Assembly: GCF_963921235.1 (NCBI RefSeq)
Contig: NC_086120.1
Coordinates: 8,246,001 to 8,310,000 of the forward strand
Length of the DNA stretch: 64,000 nucleotides
Direction: 5' to 3'
Origin: Mobula hypostoma
Taxonomy: Eukaryota
Below, one piece after another: positions 25,109-36,509 of the stretch (positions are counted from its first letter, which is position 1; every line of letters begins with the position of its first letter). The notes beneath the pieces were generated by a model. It was not told the origin of the DNA, searched no databases, and saw only the letters and a list, made by a program, of their open reading frames with translations. The translations under genes were made by a program, and so were the position numbers.

Positions 25109-27075
25109 GTAAGTACAGGCAGCATGTCTGCGCCACCAGCGGTTGTCGTTACGGGCTCTTGCGGGATCACATTAAAGAGTTAATGGGTAAAGTTGAATTT
25201 CTGATTTTTCACAGCTGGAGAATCCCAGACTCTGACTCAGCCTCCGACCGTGTCGGTGAGTCCAGGAGCCACGGCCTCGCTGAATTGTGACATCGGAACG
25301 AAGGATAACGATTATGTAGGTTGGTACAAGCAGACACCGGGAACAGTTCCACAGTGGATCCTATACTACCATCACTCGATCAGCGCCCCGACCTACGGGC
25401 CTGGGTTTAGCAGCGACCGTTTCACGTCGACAGTCAACAGCGCCGGCACCGTTTACCAGTTAAACATTAAAAATGTGGAGCTAAATGACGCTGCGGTCTA
25501 TTACTGCGGAAAGTGGATTCCATCGGTCAGTTATAACATGTTCGGCCCTGGGACCAAGCTCTTTGTTACAGGTAAGTGACAGGGAAATCCCTCTTGCAAT
25601 GACTAGCTGCCTCAACATGGTCACATGGGAATTAATACTTTATACATTATTATTTATTGGTGAGTTTTGCAAAGAAAAGACAAGTTTACGATCCAGTCGT
25701 GCTTCTTTTCGAGTTTCTATGCAGTTGTGTTCAGTGAATATAGAGTTGTCTTGTGAATTATTATCGTCTTTTAATGAAACGTTTATCTTTTCAATGTGTT
25801 TTCTTTGTAGTGTGTGTTGTGTCCCTGGCACTTTAACATTACTTTTCTGAAATTGACCGCCCAACTCTGTGCTTGCGCGGTTCCAGTCCGATCAGTTTGG
25901 CCGCTTTTGTGCTGGCTTGTTGGAAGGCAGCGTGAGAAAATCCAGCTTCCCAAAATGCGGCCCGAGGTATCACTGGGGATATTATTTAGCCGACTGAATT
26001 AAGCCCACCGTCGTTGACACAACAGAACGACAAGTTTCAGGTTATTGTATTGGGATACTCCATTGAAACTTCCCTCGCAGTTTCACTGAACTTCCAGTCC
26101 TCCCGGTCTGGGTAGAACACTCCTGCAGACACCCATCCAATTGCTCGTCTTTGCCTCCTCTAACCTGGCACCTTTTCCATCGAGCGCTCTAGTGATCCGG
26201 TCGCTACACTGACCAAGGCCGGAGCTTCGGGTCTTGGGGAATCCCAACTTCCTTTGCCCACATTAATTGTTTCTGCATTGTCAAAGTGTGACTTCCCTAA
26301 ACCAGCTCTGTGAAACTCGGGTCCGCGTACATGTTGCCCTGCACACTGGGTAAGCACAGAGTATGAAATAGGTGTATTGTCGTTACAGCTGTGGGTGGCG
26401 CAGGTGGCGGGAGGAGCAATAGTTATGAGTGGATGGGGAAAGGGATGCGTATGTGCCATTTGTGCCACAGGCTGGGGTAGATACCGAGAGCTGGAGGTAA
26501 AGTCACCGAACTGGTGATGCTGTAATCCAGCGACACTACCGGAGAATCCTCAAACAGGGATTTGACCGCAAATGTCTCGTCCTTCGTTGTTGACCAAAAT
26601 GCATTGCCCTCAATCCTCACTGACCTGTTCCCTGGTGAAACCTTGGGCCCCATTCTTGGAAGCTGGAACATATAATTCGCGCTTCCATCCACTGTGAAAT
26701 ATTGCGAGATAATCCGTGACCTGAAACATGTCTCCTCTTGTTCCCGTTGCAGATCGGCAGCTCCCGGACCCTTCAGTGAAACTGCTTGGGCCGTCAGCCG
26801 AGGAGATCTCCGCTAAAGGATCGGGCACCTTAGTTTGCCTGGTCAGTAAATTGTCGATCGGCTTCCCTGTCGTCAGCTGGACAGTGAACGACAGTCCGAC
26901 GAGCAGTGAGGTGCAAACCAGCGGGGTGACTCAGAACGCGGACAAAACCTTCAGTCTCAGCAGCTACCTGACGGTGCCCGGCGCAGACTGGAGCAGTGGG
27001 AAGAGGTACTCCTGCTCAGTTCAACAAGGAGCAGCCTCGACAATATCCGCAACAGTCACACAATCCAGCTGTTAA
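25060..27075 (+). CDS. Immunoglobulin light chain, sigma-like isotype, germline-joined VJ; join(25060..25108,25215..25571,26753..27075), 242 aa
   Basis: The three exons have GT-AG phase-1 introns and total 729 nt in one open frame. V domain: Cys (LNC), Trp (VGWYKQ), YYC, FGPGTKL. C1 domain: LVC, VSW, YSC and a terminal Cys. The long CDR2 region YYHHSISAPTYGPGFSSDRFTST resembles teleost and amphibian sigma. Confidence 0.95.
25215..25571 (+). CDS. IgL joined V-J exon (SGES|QTLTQPP...YYCGKWIPSVSYNMFGPGTKLFVT)
   Basis: Acceptor TTTTTCACAG ends at 25214 and donor GTAAGT starts at 25572. There is no CACAGTG heptamer or nonamer between YYC and FGPG. Confidence 0.96.
25582..25591. promoter_or_regulatory. 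NF-kB consensus site GGGAAATCCC in the J-C intron
   Basis: Exact match to GGGRNWYYCC, 10 bp after the J donor. Function untested. Confidence 0.45.
26236..26462. promoter_or_regulatory. Putative J-C intronic enhancer: kB site plus E-box cluster
   Basis: GGGGAATCCC 26236-26245, CAGCTG 26386-26391, CAGGTGGC 26401-26408 (kE2-type), CATTTG 26457-26462. Confidence 0.5.
26753..27075 (+). CDS. IgL constant (C1-set) exon
   Basis: Acceptor CCCGTTGCAG ends at 26752. The exon encodes (D)RQLPDPSVKLLGPS...LVCLVS...VSWTV...SLSSYLTVP..DW....YSC...QSSC* with TAA at 27073-27075. Confidence 0.97.
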
Positions 27076-27348
27076 ACAGAGCGCGGCTTCGGCCTTGTTT
27101 GCTCCGAAAAACAGAAAGTAACCTTTTGTTTTGCTTTTTTCACTCTCTCTACCACACTTTTCACTGTACTCCGAATTTCTGATCAGTTCTGTGGTTTCCA
27201 CCGTATTTTTTAAAATATTTGCACCCGAGGCTGACTTTGTTCCGTTTCACCCTCCGAGAAGCTACGTGGAGTAAAAGTGACCTGTTACTCGTCATTATTA
27301 GAAATACCGGCTTGTGAATTGTTTTCTCTGTTACCAGGGATGGATCTA

Positions 27349-27430
27349 AATAAAATTATTAATGAATGTGCTAATGATTTCTCATCAGTATCAGACTGAC
27401 AGATGGTAACTGCCACAGACTGCTAATAAA
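27349..27430 (+). terminator. Polyadenylation signals of the IgL gene
   Basis: AATAAA at 27349-27354 and 27425-27430. The second is followed by GT-rich sequence. Confidence 0.7.
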
Positions 27431-28924
27431 GATGTTCAGTGCAGGAATGAATTCCGTGTGTGAGTCTTGTTCTCTTGTACGCTATTCCCAATCTCATCCG
27501 GGTGGGAAGAGGGAGGTAACTCGCGCGGGCGGGACGGCACCGACCAGCGTCATCCGGGAGTTCAAATAATGTCTGCAGTCCTACTGTCTTGCAGTTGGTG
27601 GGGGAGGGAAGGAGGGCTCGGGGTACAGAGGAAGAGGCAGAGAAACATACAAACAGACAGACTTGGGATGTACAGAATTGATGAGGTGAGAAAAAGAGAC
27701 TGAGAAGCAAGGACGGGAAGGAGGTCGGAGTAGTGAGGGGTGGCTCTCCTTCGATGTCTTTGTACCTATTTCCAACTCTTGCACTAGTCGTGCCACAACA
27801 TCAGAGAAAATTCCAAAGCACAAAACATTGCTCCGTTCAAGACCTTTTACCCTGATACTTTTCCATGGAAAGCCAAGTCTTATCTGCAGCTGCTGAGTCG
27901 TCTTACCTTTCCAGACAAAGATATGTTCCACCGTTATCTACTCTCAGGACTGTAATCTAGTACTCATACTAAATTCTCCAAACATTGCTGTGGACTCTGC
28001 CCTTGTCCTTTCTCAAAACATGCCCACATTCCAGACTACATGTTATAAAACTCTACTGTGTATGCATATTTAGCATACACTAAGAGGGAATCAAAATTAA
28101 CTTTTTCCTTACACTCCGCCGGTTGATTCCTCTTTGGTAGATTTTACAACAGCAAACTACAGACTAAATACATGTTGCAAGCTCGCATAATAACTATAAA
28201 TATAATCGTTTAAGCAGTGGAATTATCATAATGGACTTCTCAAGGCAGGCAGCTAAACTGTTGTAGAAGCACAACCAATAATACGATTATAACAAATTAC
28301 GAAGGGATCCTAAACCAGGATTCTCAATCCCACTAATTTGAGTAATGTGAAGCCAATTGCAGTTAATCCGAATCACATTCCGGAAGCGTGTTGGGGCGAG
28401 GAGTGCTACCACATCGGAGGGTGTCTTCTTCCATAGTGGATATTCGTGTGTCCTTCCCAAGCATCCAGACAGGACTCTCTATATCTTGATTCGAGGGAAG
28501 ACCCAAGTCGCGGATAGCAATAGTTGTAGCACTTTCAATCTACCTAAAGCAGAACAATATACCTTTATTATCAGTTTTCAGAGTTGTAAAATTAATCCTA
28601 TTTTGTTATTCTTCCTGTTTAAACACATCAGATATTCTTTCCCTTGCACTGATACAAAGTATGTGTTATCATTGTTTCCTTTGCCACCATTTGCCCATTG
28701 CAAACCAGAAAAGTTGGAATATGCTCACATATTTCCCTATATGATTGGGTTACTATTGTCCACAAGGTATGGGTTAATGTTATTAGACGAAAAGTCAGTT
28801 GATTCTTTTTATTTAGCCCTGATTCCTGGGGTTAATAATATGTGTGATACATCCAATCAATGCTTTTGCTGGCAGCCCATTCCATCACTGCTTGTCCTGA
28901 GAAATTACACCTATTGTGCGATCG

Positions 28925-29075
28925 AAACACAAAATGCCGGAGGGACTCAGCAGGCCAGGCAGCATCTATGGAAAAAAAACGTGCAGTCGGATTTACTTTT
29001 TTTCCATAGATGCTACCTGACATGCTGAATTCATCCAGCATTTTATGTCTGTTGCCTGGATTTCTAACATCTGCA
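28925..29075. mobile_element. Collapsed Penelope-like palindromic remnant
   Basis: Roughly 50-bp imperfect inverted arms (CAGCAGGCCAGGCAGCATCTATGGAAAAAAA / TTTTTTTCCATAGATGCTACCTGACATGCTG) around a short loop. Confidence 0.75.
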
Positions 29076-29334
29076 TTTTTTTTTCTATTTTGCCTATTGT
29101 GGGATTGTATTTCCTGCTGGTTCCCATAACAACTGATAAACTTCTGCAATCTGCCATATCCCGGCACCCCATTCCCTTTTCTAATACGGGCAGCTAGTTT
29201 CTCCGGAAAGCTCTCTGTGGCTGTGTTAAAATCACCAAATTTCCATTTCGTAAATCCGCCATGGGCGAATGCAAACATGGCTGCGAAAGAAGGAGGATTG
29301 GGCATGGAGTTAAAAACCAAATACACTAAAAAAA

Positions 29335-29497
29335 AACAGAGCTATATAAAAGCTAACAGAAGCTCCTGGGCAGAGGAAGAATTTTCGAAGATGGGCTATG
29401 CATGGAAACAACTTGAAAGAGTGGCCCAGTGGAGAGGACTCTGACCAGCTGCTGTCAGCGGCCTCTGCCCCAGTAAGGGTGACGGGCGTAAGTAAGT
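29335..29497 (+). mobile_element. RTE LINE 3' end
   Basis: Encodes ..KMGYAWKQLERVAQ.RGL and ends in a (TAAG)n tail at about 29486-29497. Confidence 0.7.
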
Positions 29498-29884
29498 TTC
29501 CACCTCTGTACGTCGGCTTTCCTGGAGCTGTGGGTGTTGTGTATTTTAATACGGCAATCTCCGTGTAATCGGTGGTGGGGATGGTGCGAGTGTGGCGGCA
29601 CTGGGACGGGAGGTTCGACAGTGTCTGTGCGTCCATCTGCGGGCATGCAACATGCTGTCATCTCCGGGGTCCTCATTTGTTGGTTCTGCAATGTTTCACA
29701 TCCGCTTTACAACTGAGAGTTGCCGTTCCCTCAAGGTTTTGTTAGTGGCGACCTCCGAGAGCACCCACATTACAATGAGGAGGTCTGGTTTCATAACAAC
29801 TTCGTTCCCCTCTGTAACAGCTTCCGTCTTCACACATATCTCCAAGTCGGCAACGGCTATCGCAGGAATATGTTTATTTAGTGC

Positions 29885-30030
29885 ATAAACACAGAATGCT
29901 AGAGGAACTCCAGCAGGCCAGACAACATCAAAGTAATTGAATGTTAATGTTTCGGGGCGAGACCCTTCGTGAGGGCTGGAATTGAAGGGGGAACACGCCA
30001 GAATAAATACGATAGGGAGGGAGGGAAGCC
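29885..30030 (-). mobile_element. Penelope-like terminal fragment
   Basis: ACACAGAATGCT.GAGGAACTC..CAGGCCAG and GTTTCGGGGCGAGACCCTTCGT, the same family as 61066-61693. Confidence 0.7.
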
Positions 30031-30839
30031 ACGCGTGTGCCATGTTCCCCGTACATACACAACTCCACTACAGACCAACAATCAGTCTATCTCAGACCCA
30101 ATGTATTCAGTGTGGGTGTCTCCATGTTTCTATAGGGTGGATAATTTCCTTGAGAATGGAAAATTTCTCCCAGCTCCTACATTATTAATTACTCTAAAAC
30201 TGTGTCCCCCAGGAGGAAATATAACCCAGATCCTCTCAGGATCTGTCCCCTCCTGCTCGTATATATCTGTTCTTTTAGAATATCCAACTTCCCTGCTGCC
30301 ACCATGAATCCAATGTGGCATACTAGAATCTCAAAAGTAGTCTTTTTGTATCATCGTATTTGCTCGGATTGCACGAAACATTTCCCAAACCAACAAAAAA
30401 GCAAGTCTTGAAAAATGCGGCAGTCCTTATCCAGCACCACAATAATGAAGCAACAATTGAACAGTGAATGATAACCTGGCACCAATCACACCGTGCGGTC
30501 AGGTATCTTGTGGCTGCAGTACGCTGATATGAACACAATGTCGTCTGTGGAGTGGAGAGCTCCTGTCCATGAAGATGAACAGGAACTGTGATGTAGGGCT
30601 GCCTCTGTATCGTAAGGGTGACAGTGCATTTCTGAGGAGCCAGAGCTCCATGAAACACTAAGGCGGTGCTCTTTATATTTAGAAATGAGAGAGGTGATGT
30701 CAGTTCTGTCCATTCCAGTGTGAAATTCACCATTTGAGTATCATCGTATTTCCACCAGTCTCACAGTTCCCACTGCACCTTGTCTGTACTGACCACTTTA
30801 CGATTTACACAAGTCGCTGTGGAATTATGTTGGGGTAAC

Positions 30840-32110
30840 AGGGAATAAACTGCCAATCTGCCAATTCAATGATACAACAGAGACAACAGCTGCTGGAAAT
30901 ATTGAGCAACTCACACAGCACCACATCTCCAGAGATAGATTATATGTTGCCATTTTTTACAATACCACCATCTCTCACATTTATCTTGACTACATATCTT
31001 CCCATCCTTATACATATAAAAGTGTTATTCCTTTTTCTTTGTTTCTACATCCATGCTGAATCTGTTCTCCGACTTTGCATTCTGGAACATGTGAGATGTC
31101 TTCATTTAGTTATATATATGTATCAAGTGTTCTCTTACATTATTGATCCAGTCCTCACCCTCATCTCCCTCATTTCCAACACATCTGCCCTTATCCCATC
31201 CTCTGGCTGTTGTAACAGGATTAGATCATTCCCTATCACTGCTGTGGCCTAAACACCCAGCATATGATTCTTTGCAAATCTGCTATCTCTTTGAGAGCCC
31301 ATCACCAAACAAATCTCATTGCCTTCTGTGGAGATTTCTTCTGCATTATTCACTTGTCAGCTCATCGCTCCCCACTGATCTTCCTCCTGGCACTTACACT
31401 GGCCACTGTCACAAGTGCTACTCCTCCATCAGGACCATTCTGGGCCTCAAACGGTCCTTTAAGGTGAGGAAATGCTTCAACAGTGAACCTGCCTGGATCA
31501 TCTATTGTATTGGTGCTCTCGGTGCTGCCTTATCTATATTGGTGAGGCCAGAAATATGTCGGCTGACTGCTTCGTCAAGCATCTTCCCACTGCTCTCTGC
31601 AAAATCCAGGATCTCTTTGTAGCCAACATTTCAAATCAACTGCTCTGTTGCCATGATAAGGAGAAACACATCATCTTCCATCTGTTTAGCCTCCAATTTC
31701 ATTGTATCACCATCAATTTCTATAACTTCCAGTAGTTCCCCTCCCTCCATTTTCCCTTCCCTTTCTCTTTTCACCATTCCCATTTAGGTTACCTTTTATC
31801 CCTTTCTCCGGCGGGATCCCCATCTCTTTGATCCTTGGTCCACTGATGCATTCTGTTAGATTCCTACTTTTTCAGTCCTTTGCCTCTTCCACCTATTGCC
31901 TTGCAGCTTCTTGCATCATCCGCCTCTCGCACTAACCACCTCACCTTGTCTCACTTATCATCTGCCCACTTGCCTTCCCTGCAATCTCTGCCACCCAAAC
32001 TTTCTTACTCTGGCTCTTTCTGATGACGGGTCGCGGCCTGTAACATCAACTGTTTATTTTACTGTATACATGCTGCCCGGGTCCCTAGAGCATTTTTGTT
32101 TGTTTGCATG
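30840..32110 (+). mobile_element. Decayed Penelope-like retroelement (RT C-terminus and GIY-YIG endonuclease)
   Basis: ORF 31505-31735 (CSRCCLIYIGE.R...DCF.KHL) is GIY-YIG-like. It is followed by a CT-rich tract and the terminal motif CTGATGACGGGTCGCGGCCTG at 32020. Confidence 0.8.
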
Positions 32111-33110
32111 ACAGGACCAGTTCGCACTAGCGAAAAACTTGAACTTGGAGGTTCGCAAAGACATGAAGTGTGCACATATTCTAATAAGACTTCTTTGAAG
32201 GAGGGCACTGAATATTTTGTGCATAAATATATGGGTTCTTCCCCTCTCAGTTGGGCCTGTAAAACATGAGGTAAACATATGTCAGCAGAATTTACAGAGC
32301 AGCACATCATTTAAAACTAGAAATCGTACATTACTGCCAGAAAGATTGTAAGGAATTTTAAGTAAATATTTATATGTGGGAAATTTATCCTTTGGGTTGA
32401 CAACAGTAAGTTTTGCTGCCCTTCCATTGTGCACCTTGTTTATATCCAAACTTTGACCGCTGGAGATGGCTACCCTGTGGTTTCCACACACCGTGATCTA
32501 GGACCAAAAACCTGGCATTATGACTGTCGGTAATTGGCAAGCCCAATTAACTATTAGCCCTTATTAAATGATAAAGGAAATTGTTTCCAATAACGTATCA
32601 ACAGCGTAATAAATTGTGGTATAGAATAACTTAATATCTCTCACTTTATACATCTGTCCTGAGATAAACCATTCAGTTTTATTCTTGGAATGGTCCAGCT
32701 TTCCCTCATTCTCTGACAACTGACTACTCTTCCCATGGGAAGCCGGACAGACAAATGCAAACAAACTCATCTTGCACAATGTTATCCCCCTCACACACCC
32801 AGCATCAAACGTCACAGATGCTGGCAGGAATGTGAACATCCTGACTGACCTTTAATTAGGAATCCCAGAGCTGGGGTGCTTGCTGCATTCTCCGGGGGAA
32901 ATCGATTGATATAGTTTGGAATAGGAACTATATCTAGAATCATTTGGTTATTCTCTCTGAATAAATCATGATTGTATATGCAGACATTCCAGTAGATTAA
33001 AACTGTCCAAGCATCTGAAGCTGTGGTGAGTGAAATACGTCAACAGTCTACATTGTAACAGTTTGGATGTCCTCATCAGCTGTCATCTTGACCCCCACTC
33101 CCACGGTACG

Positions 33111-34511
33111 TGTCATAGTCCGGTCCATGGTTCCTTGTTCTGGGGTTTCTGGTTTTCCCCAGTTTCTGTTGTGGGCATATGTTTCTCATTATGGGGCTCG
33201 GACATAAATACTTCTGCAAAGCAGGGATTCCCTGCTGGACTGTTCTGTTCCCCTCCCTGTCTTTTCCCCCCGTCGACTGACTCCCTGCCTGGATACTTCG
33301 CCTGAACTCCCTGCCTGGATACCTCGCCTGACCCCCTGCTTGGATACCTCGCCTGATTCCCTGTCTGCATAACTCGTCTGACTCCCTGCCTGGATACCTC
33401 GCCTGACTCCCTGCCTGCTCACTTAGCCTGGATACCCCGCCTGTATACCCTGCCTGCACCACTGAAGTGTTACTGCCAGACCAAGACCGGAGCCTTATCA
33501 GGTCTAGAAAAAGCACAGCCTTTTGTTGTGTGGAATTGTCTCTCTGTGTCCACGCCTTCGCTGGGTGGATCCGGCCATTTGCCGCCACCTAGTGTTGAGA
33601 TCTGTCTTTTCATGTTCAGTGCTCTGTGTGGAAGTCCCGGCCCTATGTCCTGTTCCCTAGGAGGGGTCCCGGCTCAGTGTTATGTGTGTGAGTCCCGGCC
33701 CTACGTCCTGTTCCCAAGGAGGGGTCCCGGATCTGTGTCCGTGCTCCTGTCTCTTCTATCCAAGGTTCCGTGCTTCTGAAGGCCCTCGTCCAGCCCGTGC
33801 CTAGTCCAGTCCTATCCGAGTCCTGTCCATGTGCCTCTACCTGTCCTTATGTCTCGCCCTACCCAGAAGTTCCTCACCAAAGCCATGTCCAGTCCTGTAG
33901 CCTCGTCTTGTCCTCGCCTATTTCAGGAGTCCGAGCCCGAGTCAAATCCCAGGTTCTGGGTCCTTGCCCAGTCTCTGGCTCGGTCCATACCAAGCCTCGA
34001 AGTACCCTAGACTCAAGATCCCAGACGCCAGCCGGCAGCCAAGCTCAAGATCCCAAGCAAAGCTCCAAGAATCCAAGCCTCGAGGATCCAAGCCAAGCTC
34101 CAAGAACCCAGGCCTCTAGACCCCAGCCTGTCTCCAAGTTCAAGCCTCAAGACCAAGACCCCATCCTGTCTCTAAGCTCAAGCCTCAAGACCAGGACCCC
34201 AGCCTTTCTCCAAGCTCAATACTCAAGACAAAGACCCCAAGCCTGTCTCCAAGCCTCAAGCCTAAAGACCCCAGCCTCCAGTCCTGCAGTCATGTCATGT
34301 CCTTGCCTGGTTCTGGTGCCCGAGCGTGAGGCAAGACCCAGGTTCTGGGTCCTTGTGCAGTCTCCAGCTCGGGGTCCAAGCCCTAGTCTGCGTTCCTTTC
34401 CCTGCTCCTTGTCTGTAACCTGTCACGTCCCTAATCTAGTTAAGTCCTGTTCCTTGTACTTCAGTGTCTGTGTCTTGCATCTGGGACCGTTCCCAGCGCC
34501 CCTTTGTGACA
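33111..34511 (+). mobile_element. Solo LTR (TGTCAT...GTGACA) with 5-bp TSD GTACG
   Basis: GTACG at 33106-33110 and 34512-34516, with inverted termini. Same family as 16183-17146. Confidence 0.9.
33281..33406 (+). repeat. Minisatellite, 5 x 25 bp, inside the solo LTR
   Basis: Unit CTCCCTGCCTGGATACCTCGCCTGA, with degenerate copies extending to about 33460. A second degenerate CAAGCCTCAAGACC-type array lies at about 34010-34280. Confidence 0.92.
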
Positions 34512-34683
34512 GTACGTCCAATACAACAAGTCCTAACAGGACGATCTATTGACCGAAAACTTCTTCTAATGCATTTTATAAATTCCACGCCATCTAAGCC
34601 CCTCATACTGAGGCAATCCAACTCCATAACGGAGAAGTTACAATCCCCATTGCTATACCCTTCGTCCTCATGCACCATGTGTT

Positions 34684-34980
34684 GGCGCGTGGCCAAGTGG
34701 TTAAGGCGTCGGTCTAGTGATCTGAAAGTCGCTAGTTCGAGCCTCAGCTAAGGCAGTGTGTTGTGTCCTTCAGCAAGGCACTTATCCACACATTGCTCTG
34801 CGACGACACCAGTGCCAAGCTGAGCTGCATCGGCTCTAATGCTCTTCCCTGCCCTTCCCTTTTCCAACGTTGGTGGCGTGGAGAGGGGAGACTGGCACTA
34901 TGGGCTTCCATACAACCTTTCCCTTGGGAACCTTCCAATGCGCAAATCCATGGTCTCACAAGACGAACGGATGCATATTA
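34684..34980 (+). mobile_element. tRNA-derived SINE (head resembles tRNA-Thr AGT)
   Basis: A box TGGCCAAGTGG 34690-34700 and B box GTTCGAGCC 34735-34743, then a non-tRNA body (GTGTCCTT.AGCAAGGCACTT...) of about 240 bp. Confidence 0.85.
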
Positions 34981-36509
34981 TCATGCACCATTCTGTGGTT
35001 TGCCTATATATTTGTTCCTGTATTCCACTAACTTGTTTGCAGATTTAAAATCAATTAATTCTGAGAAATTCAAACTATGCACCAGTGAACGGATTATTAC
35101 AGATTAATTCCTACATGATAACATTCACAAAGACCCCTTCCACCTTTGCTGATCAGTGAGAGTAGACACATTAGCCAGTATTTAACTGGGTAAGATTAGT
35201 CTGCCTTTGGCGAACAGAACAAATCTGAATATTGCCATGTAGAGTAAAGATCTGTATTTGTCCTGGACCCTAGGATACCTACTGACATGCAGGTTTAGTA
35301 ACTAACGACTACAGATTCAGCGTGGCAGATCGGTCTCTCAGTACAGAGACAACTTGCAGCGGAAGGGCTCCAAGCCAGTTTCAGTGGCGAATGAAAAGCC
35401 AAACCAGGGTATTTTTCTTGTCCTTGTTAATTTCAATATTTCAGCATGAAGGAAGACTGGATTACCTTAGCGTATATTCATCGGAGCATAGACGAATGAA
35501 TGATCACATAGTAGACTATAAAATTCAAACAGGAATGGATAGAACCATTCCTGGGAAGCCTTCACCAATAATCGGAGTGACCGAAGTCAGTGGGTCACAG
35601 GGTTTAGGGAATAAACTTCAGAACTAGATTATAAATATCTTCTGATCTTTCTGCCACAGTAGCAAGTGAACGTCAGGTCACTGCGGTCCTGAGAGATTAC
35701 TCACGTCAGTATATATTCCCACCTACTCCACATATCCCTTCATTGATGTGGCACAAAGGATATCGGGAGAATTTGGAGACCGATTTTGAAGAGGATGACC
35801 AGCCATGATCCAGTTGAATGGCGCAGCACTCCAAGGGGTTGAAAGCCAAGTGCTGCTTTAATTTTCATTGGGTCTCCGTTTCTCATCAACCTGCCCTACC
35901 ACTGTACCAACCAGTCTACATCTCCTGAAAGTCTATCATCAACATCGATTAATTTTATTGTGCTTCCAAGCTTTCTACCAACTGTAAATCTGAAGGTTGT
36001 GCTCACTGAACACAAGTGCAAGTCATTAATATGCATGAAGGAAAAAGTCGCCCACATATCAACAACCGGGTACGTATTCAGACTTCTTTCTCTCCGGTCT
36101 GACCAATGACATATCAAGTTACTCTCTGTTTTTTTGTTACCGTATCCATGTAAATAGACATCACCAGACTTCCTCTTCCTTGATCTTTAGCTGAGCCAGA
36201 ATCTCAGCTGCCTCTTCTTTTGCAGAGACATGAAAAAGACCGTCTTATAGCAGAATAAAGTGTCACAACTCTGTCCTTGTTCCTATTAGACAAGTAAAGT
36301 TTGAAGAATAGGGATCTTCAAACCGTTCTCATTGGCTCCTCAGACACACTGCTTCTAATATTACTGCTGCCTGTCTGTATTTGAATCGTAGAATTTTTCC
36401 ACCAGTTAGTATTTGGATTGTACTTTTCGGCGTAAGCTCTTGGCTATGCAGTGTTCCTTTAATTGTTTGTATTTTATTCTACAAACGTTTGTAATTTTTG
36501 TCTTCAGAT

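Noticed and set aside
26690-26696. Isolated heptamer CACTGTG in the J-C intron, reminiscent of the kappa intronic RS
   Set aside because: There is no nonamer at 12 or 23 bp. Single heptamers are expected by chance and several occur in repeats here.
28357-29028. 223-aa ORF downstream of the Ig gene
   Set aside because: It starts at TTG, has no recognisable motif, has AT-rich non-coding composition, and ends inside a Penelope remnant.
30488-30530. Minus-strand ISVLQPQDT followed by CACGGTG, resembling a V-segment end plus heptamer
   Set aside because: No YYC, no upstream Trp or Cys framework, an in-frame stop, and no nonamer. Likely coincidence.
32020-32052. Additional hammerhead-like motifs (also about 21654-21686 and 29945-29975)
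   Set aside because: Core nucleotides are mutated or deleted (GAAA>GUAA, CUGA>CUCA, CU>AG), so they are not expected to be active.
34684-34760. Possible tRNA-Thr gene
   Set aside because: The acceptor stem does not close and the sequence continues into a SINE body, so it is called a tRNA-derived SINE.
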